A DNA stretch of 32,000 bases, from assembly GCA_965230905.1 (NCBI GenBank), contig OZ246396.1, forward strand, positions 270,001-302,000. The letters run 5' to 3'. The notes below the pieces were generated by a model, which did no database searches, had not been told where the DNA came from, and saw only the letters and a list, made by a program, of their open reading frames with translations. Positions 8,242 to 15,343 of the stretch are shown in pieces (position 1 is the stretch's first letter; each line of letters starts with the position of its first letter). A program made the translations under genes and the position numbers. Source of the stretch: Candidatus Saccharimonadota bacterium (GTDB lineage: Bacteria > Patescibacteriota > Gracilibacteria > UBA1369 > 2-02-FULL-48-14).

Positions 8242-8273
8242 GAGAACAGACAGGGACGCTCGCCTATGGCGAG
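8242..8273 (-). repeat. Copy 1 of the hairpin + CU-tract element, in the purH 5' leader
   Basis: The minus strand reads CTCGCC-ATA-GGCGAG-CGTCCCTGTCTGTTCTC and ends 5 nt before the purH ATG. A near-identical element lies at 9590-9631. Confidence 0.55.
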
Positions 8274-8282
8274 TGCTGGGAG

Positions 8283-8290
8283 AGCTTAGC
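8283..8290 (-). promoter_or_regulatory. -10-like box GCTAAGCT upstream of purH
   Basis: The minus strand reads gtaGCTAAGCT. This 8-mer is identical to the core of the 4835-4843 box. It would place the hairpin element inside the purH 5' UTR. Confidence 0.3.
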
Positions 8291-8330
8291 TACAAATCTG
8301 ATTTAAATCAAGTTTTATGGCTCAATTGAC

Positions 8331-9299
8331 TTATTGGACAATGATTTCACCCGGATAGTCAGCAAGCAATTGATCAACTAATTCTTGATTGCCCTCTTCT
8401 ACTGCTGCTGCAAACTCATCAATATTATCTTCAACAAATTGATCGTATCGTTCCTTGGTCAAACCACACTGATCAATCAAGAATGAAAATTCCTGGCCCG
8501 GTGAATTGTAAATGTGAGTCATGGCGTTTCGTGCGCTATTTTCAGGATCTGAAATATCCTGCATAAAATAATCATAAGCGTCTTGAGGTGTTCTGATCCC
8601 CTCCTTGATCATGCGAATATAATTGTTGTATTTTTCCTTGTAATGTATTTCTCCCAAGATTCCATCGAATTCACCTCCATATCCTCCTCGCATCCTCTCA
8701 CCCGCTTGGTAAAGGTACTCGGTTAAATAGGCTGGATCGTGATTGTCCATAACTGCTGCCTCTTGTTCCTTCTGCGATTTTGCTTCTTTCACTTCTTCAG
8801 AGTGAACCGTGTCTTCAAGGTGATTTACTTCATGGGGTAAAAATCCCACCATGATAGGCCTTAGCTTCCAACCTGAGCTCACTGTTTCACTTGGATCCTC
8901 AGGTAGAACAATAAAGTCATCAAGCTGTCCCCAAGGGGCCCACCGACCACCATAAGCAGAGGCCCCTATTTCTTCACCATTCTCCTCTCCAGGATCCACC
9001 CCCTCAAAAAAATCGTCAAAACCCACTACAATTTTATCCCTATCGTAGTAATCCCACAATTGATCCAAATTACTTTGAAGATTTTCGGCTAAAATCTCAT
9101 TACTTTCAATAGATTCGCCCTTTAGATCAAAAAGCGTGTCTGTGTAACCCAATATAGGAATTATCGCTGATAATCTGTCTTGTTCTTCTCCGATTACTCC
9201 AGCAACATATGCATCTTCTGCCTCGGTGAGAGGTCTTGTACCCGGTAGTTGGCAAGCTGCGAGTGCTAATGGAAGTACTAAAGCTTGTTTTAAATTCAC
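8331..9299 (-). CDS. Lipoprotein with HExxHxxxxxH motif (putative zinc metallopeptidase-like), function unknown
   Basis: GTG start. Signal plus lipobox MNLKQALVLPLALAAC. HEVNHLEDTVH is encoded at 8802-8834 (verified by hand translation). More AT-rich than its neighbours. Confidence 0.7.
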   Translation of the reverse strand: MNLKQALVLPLALAACQLPGTRPLTEAEDAYVAGVIGEEQDRLSAIIPILGYTDTLFDLKGESIESNEILAENLQSNLDQLWDYYDRDKIVVGFDDFFEGVDPGEENGEEIGASAYGGRWAPWGQLDDFIVLPEDPSETVSSGWKLRPIMVGFLPHEVNHLEDTVHSEEVKEAKSQKEQEAAVMDNHDPAYLTEYLYQAGERMRGGYGGEFDGILGEIHYKEKYNNYIRMIKEGIRTPQDAYDYFMQDISDPENSARNAMTHIYNSPGQEFSFLIDQCGLTKERYDQFVEDNIDEFAAAVEEGNQELVDQLLADYPGEIIVQ

Positions 9300-9351
9300 T
9301 GGACAAAATAAAGGGTAGTGTAATTATACTATAGTTTTACACTTTTGTCCA
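9300..9351. promoter_or_regulatory. Interrupted inverted repeat enclosing a TATAAT box upstream of the lipoprotein gene
   Basis: TGGACAAAA (9300-9308) pairs with TTTTGTCCA (9343-9351), and GTGTAA (9318-9323) pairs with TTACAC (9337-9342). The minus strand has TATAAT at 9323-9328. Confidence 0.3.
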
Positions 9352-9358
9352 CGGTAGA

Positions 9359-9589
9359 TCAGGGTAGGTCAAGGCCGCCTTTGCTCCAGGGGTTACAGCG
9401 GAGAATGCGCCAGAAGCCTTTGAGGGTGCCGCGAATAGCGCCGTGTTTGCCAATGGCCATGTGGGTGTACATGCTGCAAGTGGGCCTGAAACGGCAAAAT
9501 CCGCCGGGGAAAATGTGGCGCAGCCAAGAATGATCCGGGGACAGAGTTTTTTGGTAGAGGCGAATTAAGGACTGGAAAATAGTTTTCAT
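9359..9589 (-). CDS. yidD: Membrane protein insertion efficiency factor YidD
   Basis: 76 aa. CRFRPTCSMYTHMAIGKHGAIRGTLKGFWRILRCNPW is the YidD signature. Confidence 0.9.
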   Translation of the reverse strand: MKTIFQSLIRLYQKTLSPDHSWLRHIFPGGFCRFRPTCSMYTHMAIGKHGAIRGTLKGFWRILRCNPWSKGGLDLP

Positions 9590-9631
9590 GAGAACAGACA
9601 GGGACAGACAGGAACGCTCGCCTTCGGCGAG
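9590..9631 (-). repeat. Copy 2 of the hairpin + CU-tract element, filling the whole M23-yidD intergenic gap
   Basis: The minus strand reads TAA(stop)-CTCGCC-GAA-GGCGAG-CGTTCCTGTCTGT-C-CCTGTCTGTTCTC-ATG(yidD). The CCTGTCTGT unit is tandemly duplicated. Confidence 0.55.
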
Positions 9632-10867
9632 TTACCATACTCCCATCACATTTGGAGAGATTTTGGTTCCACCGTATTCAATTTCGAAGTGTAAATGGAT
9701 TCCTGTAGCGCCATATACACGGCCTGTATTTCCCATTTTTCCAATGGCCTGACCTTGAGACACGGTGTCGCCCGTAGTCACATAAATGGCTTCCATGTGC
9801 GCATAGTGCGTGCGGTATCCGTTCCCGTGGTCGATCCAAATATTGGTTCCATATCCTCCGTCGTAGCTACCCGCCGAAGCGTACACGATGACTCCCGAAG
9901 CTGCCGCTAAGATATCCGGCTTGCTGCGGTCCGCTACATCGTACGCGTAATGTCCGCCACGATAACCCTGAGTGATGATTCCATTGGTGGGGCGAATCCA
10001 TCCTTCGGCGCTGGCCACCACGTCGTATTGAGTGACTTCTGGCAAGTATTGTCCACCCACGTAGCCATAGTTTTTGCTGCCCGTGGACGTGACGGGTGTT
10101 GCGGCGATGTAAACCACTTCCGGCTTTCCATCCACAATGAAGATTTCTTCACCTTCCACCAAATCGGTATCATCGACGATGGCGTTGAAGTCCTTGGTTT
10201 TATCCAGATTTCCCTTGTACTTGTCCATGAGCGCCACCAAGGTGCTGCCCGAAGGAACTTTTACATACACTCCATCTTTAGGCGGAATGCTGAGGACCTG
10301 GCCAACCTTGAGGTAATCGCTATTCCCAAGGGCGGCGTTGGAATAACGGAGGGAACTCACGGAAACTCCCCAGCGGTAGGCAATCATGGAAAGGGTTTCA
10401 CCGGATTTAACCTCGTGTTCGGCGCGTTCGCTGCGGTTTTGGTCGTAGGTACCCTCTCCTTCCAGCGGCATGTTTTTGATGATGTAACCTTCTTCATCGG
10501 TGATATATGACTCAGAAGTGTCCAAAGACAGGTACTCCTTCCCCACGTTTTCTCCCCCGGCATAAAAGGCGCTGCTGGTGTTTACAGAGGTGAGGACCAG
10601 CATAAAAATACTGAACATCACCATTTGTGTGTACAGACGCTTGGGCGCCGGCATGTGATCCAGAGGATGCATGAACTGCGACAGCCGTTTCCCAGAGGGC
10701 AACAGAAAGAAAAAGATCTTTCGAACGCCTCTCTTAAAGTGAAACCAAATTTGTCCCGGCAGAGTATGGTAGTGACCTTCAAAGAGCTTGCGGTGTCTCT
10801 CTTTTTTGGCCTCCACATTTAGCTTGCTCATCCGAGCCAGAATGCCATAAAAGCAATTTGTTTTCAA
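9632..10867 (-). CDS. LysM domain-containing M23 family metallopeptidase (murein endopeptidase-like)
   Basis: LysM: HEVKSGETLSMIAYRWGVSVSSLRYSNA...LKVGQVLSIP. M23: GHYAYDVAD...IDHGNGYRTHYAHM...GQAIGKMGNTG...G.HLHFEI. There is an N-terminal TM helix. Codon 10867 is TTG; the first ATG is at 10831 and may be the true start. Confidence 0.9.
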   Translation of the reverse strand: MKTNCFYGILARMSKLNVEAKKERHRKLFEGHYHTLPGQIWFHFKRGVRKIFFFLLPSGKRLSQFMHPLDHMPAPKRLYTQMVMFSIFMLVLTSVNTSSAFYAGGENVGKEYLSLDTSESYITDEEGYIIKNMPLEGEGTYDQNRSERAEHEVKSGETLSMIAYRWGVSVSSLRYSNAALGNSDYLKVGQVLSIPPKDGVYVKVPSGSTLVALMDKYKGNLDKTKDFNAIVDDTDLVEGEEIFIVDGKPEVVYIAATPVTSTGSKNYGYVGGQYLPEVTQYDVVASAEGWIRPTNGIITQGYRGGHYAYDVADRSKPDILAAASGVIVYASAGSYDGGYGTNIWIDHGNGYRTHYAHMEAIYVTTGDTVSQGQAIGKMGNTGRVYGATGIHLHFEIEYGGTKISPNVMGVW

Positions 10868-10882
10868 GTAGCCAGACGTAAT

Positions 10883-11074
10883 CAGATTCCCTTTCCCTAT
10901 TTCCTTCTCTGGGTGGATTTCTTCAACAGGAGCCTTTATGTTTCATAAATCCACCCAGAGAACCACGGAAAGGGAATTTGAATTCCTAAACAGAGGAAGA
11001 CTGCTTGGAGAGATTCAGCATAAAGGCTCCCGCTGAATCGACCCAAGACAGTCTTCGTACGTCTGTTTAGGAAT
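10883..11074. other. Highly structured intergenic element: two nested perfect hairpins with 12-nt complementary loops (candidate ncRNA, leader or MITE-like repeat)
   Basis: Hand-checked complements: 10886-10896/10967-10977, 10906-10920/10947-10961, 10983-10994/11062-11073, 10996-11003/11049-11056 and 11012-11019/11032-11039. Loop 10929-10940 (GGAGCCTTTATG) is the exact reverse complement of 11019-11030. Confidence 0.45.
10938..11036 (+). CDS. Possible 32-aa small ORF inside the structured element (MFHKSTQRTTEREFEFLNRGRLLGEIQHKGSR)
   Basis: AGGAG at 10928-10932 lies 5 nt before ATG 10938; stop TGA at 11034-11036. There is no homology evidence and it could be fortuitous. Confidence 0.15.
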   Translation: MFHKSTQRTTEREFEFLNRGRLLGEIQHKGSR

Positions 11075-11098
11075 GACTGGATTCACCTACTCAGCTTT

Positions 11099-11107
11099 GG
11101 CTATAGT
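11099..11107 (+). promoter_or_regulatory. -10-like box GGCTATAGT, 6 nt upstream of mutL ATG (leaderless-type spacing)
   Basis: GGCTATAGT-aagccc-ATG(11114), with no Shine-Dalgarno in between. Confidence 0.35.
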
Positions 11108-11113
11108 AAGCCC

Positions 11114-12814
11114 ATGAATCGCATTCAACTCCTGGCACCAAAACTCATCAGCCAAATCGCCGCGGGCGAAGTGATTGAACGTCCCGCTTCGGCGGTGAAG
11201 GAATTGGTGGAGAATGCGATTGATGCGGGCGCAACGCAAATTGGAATTGAAATTGATGGCGGCGGGCTGCAGAAAATTCGCGTGGTGGACAATGGCGCGG
11301 GAATGGACAGCGAGGATGCGCGGCTGGCGTTTACGCGGCACGCTACGAGCAAAATTCAATCGCTGGAGGATTTGCAGATTTTACAAAGTTTGGGATTTCG
11401 TGGCGAGGCGCTGGCCAGTATTGCAAGCATTGCGCGGGTGACGCTGAGTACGCGGCCGCAGGAATCGCGAGTGGGGACGCTGGTGGAAATGGACGCGGGG
11501 CGCGAGGTGGTTTACGAGGAAGCGGCGTGCGATGGTGGCAGTGATTTTACGGTGTATGGACTTTTTCAGCACACGCCCGCACGGAAAAAATACATGAAGT
11601 CGGAGTCGACGGAATATGGGCATATTTTTGATTTACTGTGCGGCGTGGCACTGGCGCATCCGGCCGTTGGATTTCGTTTGAAGAAAGAAGGCGCGGAGGT
11701 TTTTGATTTACCTGCGGAACAAAGTTTAAAGGACCGCGTGCGGAGTTTATTTGGCGGCAGCGTGGCGAATGCTTTATTGCCGCTGCACTACGAACAGTCG
11801 AATTTGCGGGTGGGCGGATATGTGGGCAAGCCGGAGCTTTCGCGGGCTTCTAAGAAATATCAATTTTTGTTTATCAATGGGCGAAGTGTGGAGAATCGGC
11901 TCGTGAGTCACGCGGTGAAAGAAGCCTTCCATTCCCTTTTGATGCACGAAAAACATCCATGGTTCGTTCTGGACATTCACATGGACCCAGCCCTGGTGGA
12001 CGTAAACGTGCATCCGCGCAAACTCGAGGTTCAGTTCGTGAATTCGCAGGAAATGTACCGCGCGGTTTTTGGTGCCGTGAAGCATGCTTTGGAAGCCAGC
12101 TTTTTGGGACCGATGCTGGCTGCCGCTCCGATTCAAACGGAGTCGCTGCTGGATAAAGTTTCTACGTTTGAACGCGCGCCTTTTATTGCCGCGCCCATGG
12201 CGGCGGAGACTGCTTTGTTCGAAGTGAAAGGTCTGCAATTCCGCCCTCTCGCGCAAATTGGACAGTCTTATATTATTGCGGAAAGCGAGGAAGGTCTGGT
12301 GCTCATTGATCAGCATGCCGCGCATGAACGGGTGCGTTACGAACGCCTGATGAAGGCTTTGGCAGAAAAGGCGGTTTTGAAACAGCCGCTGCTCACGCCA
12401 CTGGAACTGGATTTGGGTGTGGACAGCCGCCGCCTACTCAGCGAATATGCCGCCGACTTTGAAAGTCTGGGCTTTGAATTTGAAAATTTTGGCGGTGCAA
12501 CTTTTGTGGTGCGCAGCATTCCGGCGGGGCTCGAGAAAAAAGATCCTGAGCGCGTGATTCAAGAAATTTTGAGCGACTTGGCGAGCGAGTTCAAACAAAA
12601 CCATGTACTGAGTGTGCGTGAAAGTCTAGCCACCATGACCGCTTGCCGTGGCGCGATTAAATTCGGCGACCCACTCACGATGATGGAGATGGAGGGCCTG
12701 CTCCGCGATATGGAAACCACGCCCAACGCCAATCACTGCCCGCACGGCCGACCTTCGATTGTGACTTTTTCCTACGACAAATTGGAGACGCTGTTTAAAA
12801 GGAAGAATTTTTAG
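11114..12814 (+). CDS. mutL: DNA mismatch repair endonuclease MutL
   Basis: GHKL ATPase N-terminus: IAAGEVIERPASAVKELVENAIDAGAT.I...DGG...I.V.DNG.GM. Endonuclease motif DQHAAHERVRYE and C-terminal CPHGRP are present. 566 aa. Confidence 0.95.
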   Translation: MNRIQLLAPKLISQIAAGEVIERPASAVKELVENAIDAGATQIGIEIDGGGLQKIRVVDNGAGMDSEDARLAFTRHATSKIQSLEDLQILQSLGFRGEALASIASIARVTLSTRPQESRVGTLVEMDAGREVVYEEAACDGGSDFTVYGLFQHTPARKKYMKSESTEYGHIFDLLCGVALAHPAVGFRLKKEGAEVFDLPAEQSLKDRVRSLFGGSVANALLPLHYEQSNLRVGGYVGKPELSRASKKYQFLFINGRSVENRLVSHAVKEAFHSLLMHEKHPWFVLDIHMDPALVDVNVHPRKLEVQFVNSQEMYRAVFGAVKHALEASFLGPMLAAAPIQTESLLDKVSTFERAPFIAAPMAAETALFEVKGLQFRPLAQIGQSYIIAESEEGLVLIDQHAAHERVRYERLMKALAEKAVLKQPLLTPLELDLGVDSRRLLSEYAADFESLGFEFENFGGATFVVRSIPAGLEKKDPERVIQEILSDLASEFKQNHVLSVRESLATMTACRGAIKFGDPLTMMEMEGLLRDMETTPNANHCPHGRPSIVTFSYDKLETLFKRKNF

Positions 12815-12889
12815 TTGACGCGTGTCCTCTTATCTATGAGGTTAAAATAGGGGTGTTGTGCAATGTCTGACAACAAGGAGGCTGGCTAG

Positions 12890-13102
12890 GTGCTTTCTAA
12901 AAATATTCGTGAAAGCTATAATAGAGACATGTTGAAATTTGAAAGAAAATATGCGGGTAAATGGGTAGCCATCAAAAATACTTCAATTGTAGAAAGCGAT
13001 GGGAGTTTGAAGAGTTTGTATAAAAAGGTTGAAAACAGAGTGGATGAAAAATCCTTGAGGTTTGCTATTGTTCCTAAAACTAGTAGCTCGATAAAAATTT
13101 AG
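12890..13102 (+). CDS. Small DUF5678-like protein
   Basis: GTG start 8 nt after a strong AAGGAGG (12875-12881). KYAGKWVAIKNTSIVESDGSLKSLYKKVE....FAIVPK fits the DUF5678 pattern as I recall it. Very AT-rich compared with its neighbours. Confidence 0.55.
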   Translation: MLSKNIRESYNRDMLKFERKYAGKWVAIKNTSIVESDGSLKSLYKKVENRVDEKSLRFAIVPKTSSSIKI

Positions 13103-13117
13103 GCTTATACTCCACGC

Positions 13118-14779
13118 ATGCAAAAAACCTGTAAAAACTGCTCACAAGCGTTTGAGGTCACGAGCGAAGATCAGAGCTACTACAATCGTATCGACGTGCC
13201 TGAACCCACTTGGTGTCCACCCTGTCGTGAAATGCGCCGAATGGCTTTTTGTAACGAAGGAACGCTCTACAATCGAAGCTGTGATCTCACCGGGAAACCC
13301 GTTGTCAGTGAATTCTCACCTAGCAATCCCCGGAAGGTCTATTCAACCCAAGCGTGGTGGGGCGACGGTTGGGACCCGCTTAGCTACGGGAAAGATTTTG
13401 ATTTCAATCGTCCTTTTTTTGAACAATTTCACGAGCTGGATTTGGCGGTACCGCACATCTGTGTAGCCATTGAAGGGGGCGATATTAATTCGGACTACAC
13501 TCACTACGCCGGACAAAATAAAAACTGCTATTTCATTTTTCATGCGACTTTCGCGGAAGATTGCTACTACGGCTACGGCGTCAAAAAAGCTAAAGACTGT
13601 GTGGACACGCATTACTGTCATGGTTCGGAGCTCTGCTATGAATGTGTGGACGTTAAAGATTGCAACAACCTTTCGTGGTGTCAGGATTGCACAGGCTGCT
13701 CATCGAGTTCTTTTTTAAGAGATTGTGTCAGTTGTATGGACTGCTTTATGTGCGTCGGATTGCGAAACAAAAAATATTGTTTCTTGAACGAACAGTTGAG
13801 CGAAGAAGCCTACAAACAGCTTATTAAAGAAGTGAACACCGGCTCGCATCAAGAAGTCCAAAAATACCTTCAAAAATTCAAAGAGTTACAGTCCAAACAT
13901 CCCTTCCGTTATCTGCAAAATGCGATGATTGAGAACAGCTTAGGCGATTATCTCTACAAATCCAAAAACGCCCACTTTTGTTTCGACTGCAGCGACATTG
14001 AAGATTGCAAATACCTGAGCCAAGTACAATTGCATGCAAAAGACTGCTACGACGTTTTCCAATACGGCATCAACATTGAACTGTGTTACGAAGATTCGAT
14101 GGTCGGAACCAATGCCAACAATATTCGTTTCACTCACCTCGCGCTCGGACAAGTATCCAATCTCAGCTACTGCAGGGATTGTTACCATAGTAGTGAAAAT
14201 TTTGGATGCATCGGACTTAAACGAAACCAATTCTGTATTTTTAATAAGCAGTATTCAGAAGAAGATTATTTTGCGCTCAAAGCAAAAATCATTGAGCACA
14301 TGAAGGGTACCGGAGAATACGGCGAGTTTTTCCCAACCCAGTACAGTCCCCACGGCTACAACGAAACCAGCGCCCAGCTCTTCTATCCTCTTACAAAGGA
14401 ACAGACGCAGGCAAAAGGCTGGAATTGGGAAGACAATCTACCCGGCACGTATGGCAAGGAAACTCTCACGGAACTGCCCGATAAAATTGAGGAGGTAAAA
14501 GACGATATTGTGGACGCGGTACTAGCTTGTGAACAATGCAAAAAGAACTACAAAATCACCGCGCATGAGCTGCAGTACTACCGAAAGAAACGCATTCCAC
14601 TTCCTCGTGAATGCTTCAATTGTCGCCGCAGCAAACGTCACGAAATGCGCAATCCGCGGAAATTTTGGTTACGAAAATGCATGGAAGCCGGATGCAGCAA
14701 CGAGTTCTATTCCACCATCTCGCCTGAACTTCCAAAAATCGTATTTTGTGAAAGCTCTTATCTAAAGAGCGTTTACTAG
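13118..14779 (+). CDS. Large Cys-rich protein with homologous N- and C-terminal zinc-ribbon modules and two internal Cys-repeat blocks; function unknown
   Basis: 553 aa with roughly 40 Cys. N-module: CKNCSQAFEVTSEDQSYYNRIDVPEPTWCPPCREMRR...RSC. C-module: CEQCKKNYKITAHELQYYRKKRIPLPRECFNCRRSKR...RKC. CVGLRNKKYCFLNEQLSEEAY recurs as CIGLKRNQFCIFNKQYSEEDY. Confidence 0.8.
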   Translation: MQKTCKNCSQAFEVTSEDQSYYNRIDVPEPTWCPPCREMRRMAFCNEGTLYNRSCDLTGKPVVSEFSPSNPRKVYSTQAWWGDGWDPLSYGKDFDFNRPFFEQFHELDLAVPHICVAIEGGDINSDYTHYAGQNKNCYFIFHATFAEDCYYGYGVKKAKDCVDTHYCHGSELCYECVDVKDCNNLSWCQDCTGCSSSSFLRDCVSCMDCFMCVGLRNKKYCFLNEQLSEEAYKQLIKEVNTGSHQEVQKYLQKFKELQSKHPFRYLQNAMIENSLGDYLYKSKNAHFCFDCSDIEDCKYLSQVQLHAKDCYDVFQYGINIELCYEDSMVGTNANNIRFTHLALGQVSNLSYCRDCYHSSENFGCIGLKRNQFCIFNKQYSEEDYFALKAKIIEHMKGTGEYGEFFPTQYSPHGYNETSAQLFYPLTKEQTQAKGWNWEDNLPGTYGKETLTELPDKIEEVKDDIVDAVLACEQCKKNYKITAHELQYYRKKRIPLPRECFNCRRSKRHEMRNPRKFWLRKCMEAGCSNEFYSTISPELPKIVFCESSYLKSVY

Positions 14780-14785
14780 AGCAGT

Positions 14786-15343
14786 TTAAAGCGTCACGCA
14801 ATCCTCACCCGTGAGACAAGTGGATTCGTCGCTGGGTTCGCCGCGTTCTGGACAGAGGGCGGATTGGATGCAAGCACGGTCGCCGACGGAGTCGATTTGA
14901 CCCTGAATTTCGGCGCCGGTTTGGTTTCCGTAGGTGATGAGGATTTGGTCGAGATCGCTGAGTTCGTAGTCGTCGAAGTCGTGGTTTTCTTTGCCGTTCA
15001 CAAACATTTTTAGCGTGTTTTCGTCATTGGTGCAGTAGCTGACGCCGCCTTCCAAATTGAAACATTCTTCGGTGAATTTCATGCCCAGAGATTCAAAAAA
15101 ATCACCGAGCGTGATGGTGCTCATGTGCTTGTGGATGATTTCGCCGTCGCCGTCGTGGAGGTGGGTGAAATGGCTGAGCTTGTGCTCGGCCGTGGACATG
15201 TATTTATCCTGAGCAAAATCGTGGACTTCTCCGTTCAGGTAAACCTTAAAATCGGCGTGTTCGTGGACGTCACCCAAGAGCGGCTGAGGTTTTTCACAGG
15301 CGAAAAGTAAGAGGCTTAGGAGGCAGAGAACTTTAATTTTCAT
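14786..15343 (-). CDS. His/Cys-rich lipoprotein, function unknown
   Basis: Signal plus lipobox MKIKVLCLLSLLLFAC. His clusters HEHADF and HKLSHFTHLHDGDGEIIHKH. Cys-rich C-terminus. The start overlaps the upstream stop (15340-15343). Confidence 0.75.
   Translation of the reverse strand: MKIKVLCLLSLLLFACEKPQPLLGDVHEHADFKVYLNGEVHDFAQDKYMSTAEHKLSHFTHLHDGDGEIIHKHMSTITLGDFFESLGMKFTEECFNLEGGVSYCTNDENTLKMFVNGKENHDFDDYELSDLDQILITYGNQTGAEIQGQIDSVGDRACIQSALCPERGEPSDESTCLTGEDCVTL

Noticed and set aside
10883-11074. Identity of the structured element with a known RNA (RNase P, SRP/4.5S, 6S, tmRNA, riboswitch)
   Set aside because: It is too short for RNase P or tmRNA. It lacks GGAAAGTCC-type P4, the SRP domain IV motifs and a tRNA-like end. 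It does not have the single long stem with a central bubble of 6S RNA. I recognise no riboswitch core. It is kept as an unknown element rather than assigned.
12815-12848. TTGACG (12815-12820) plus TAAAAT (12843-12848) as a sigma-70 promoter for the DUF5678-like gene
   Set aside because: The spacing between the hexamers is 22 nt, well outside the 16-18 nt optimum. TAAAAT alone may still act as a -10, but the pair is not a credible -35/-10 promoter.
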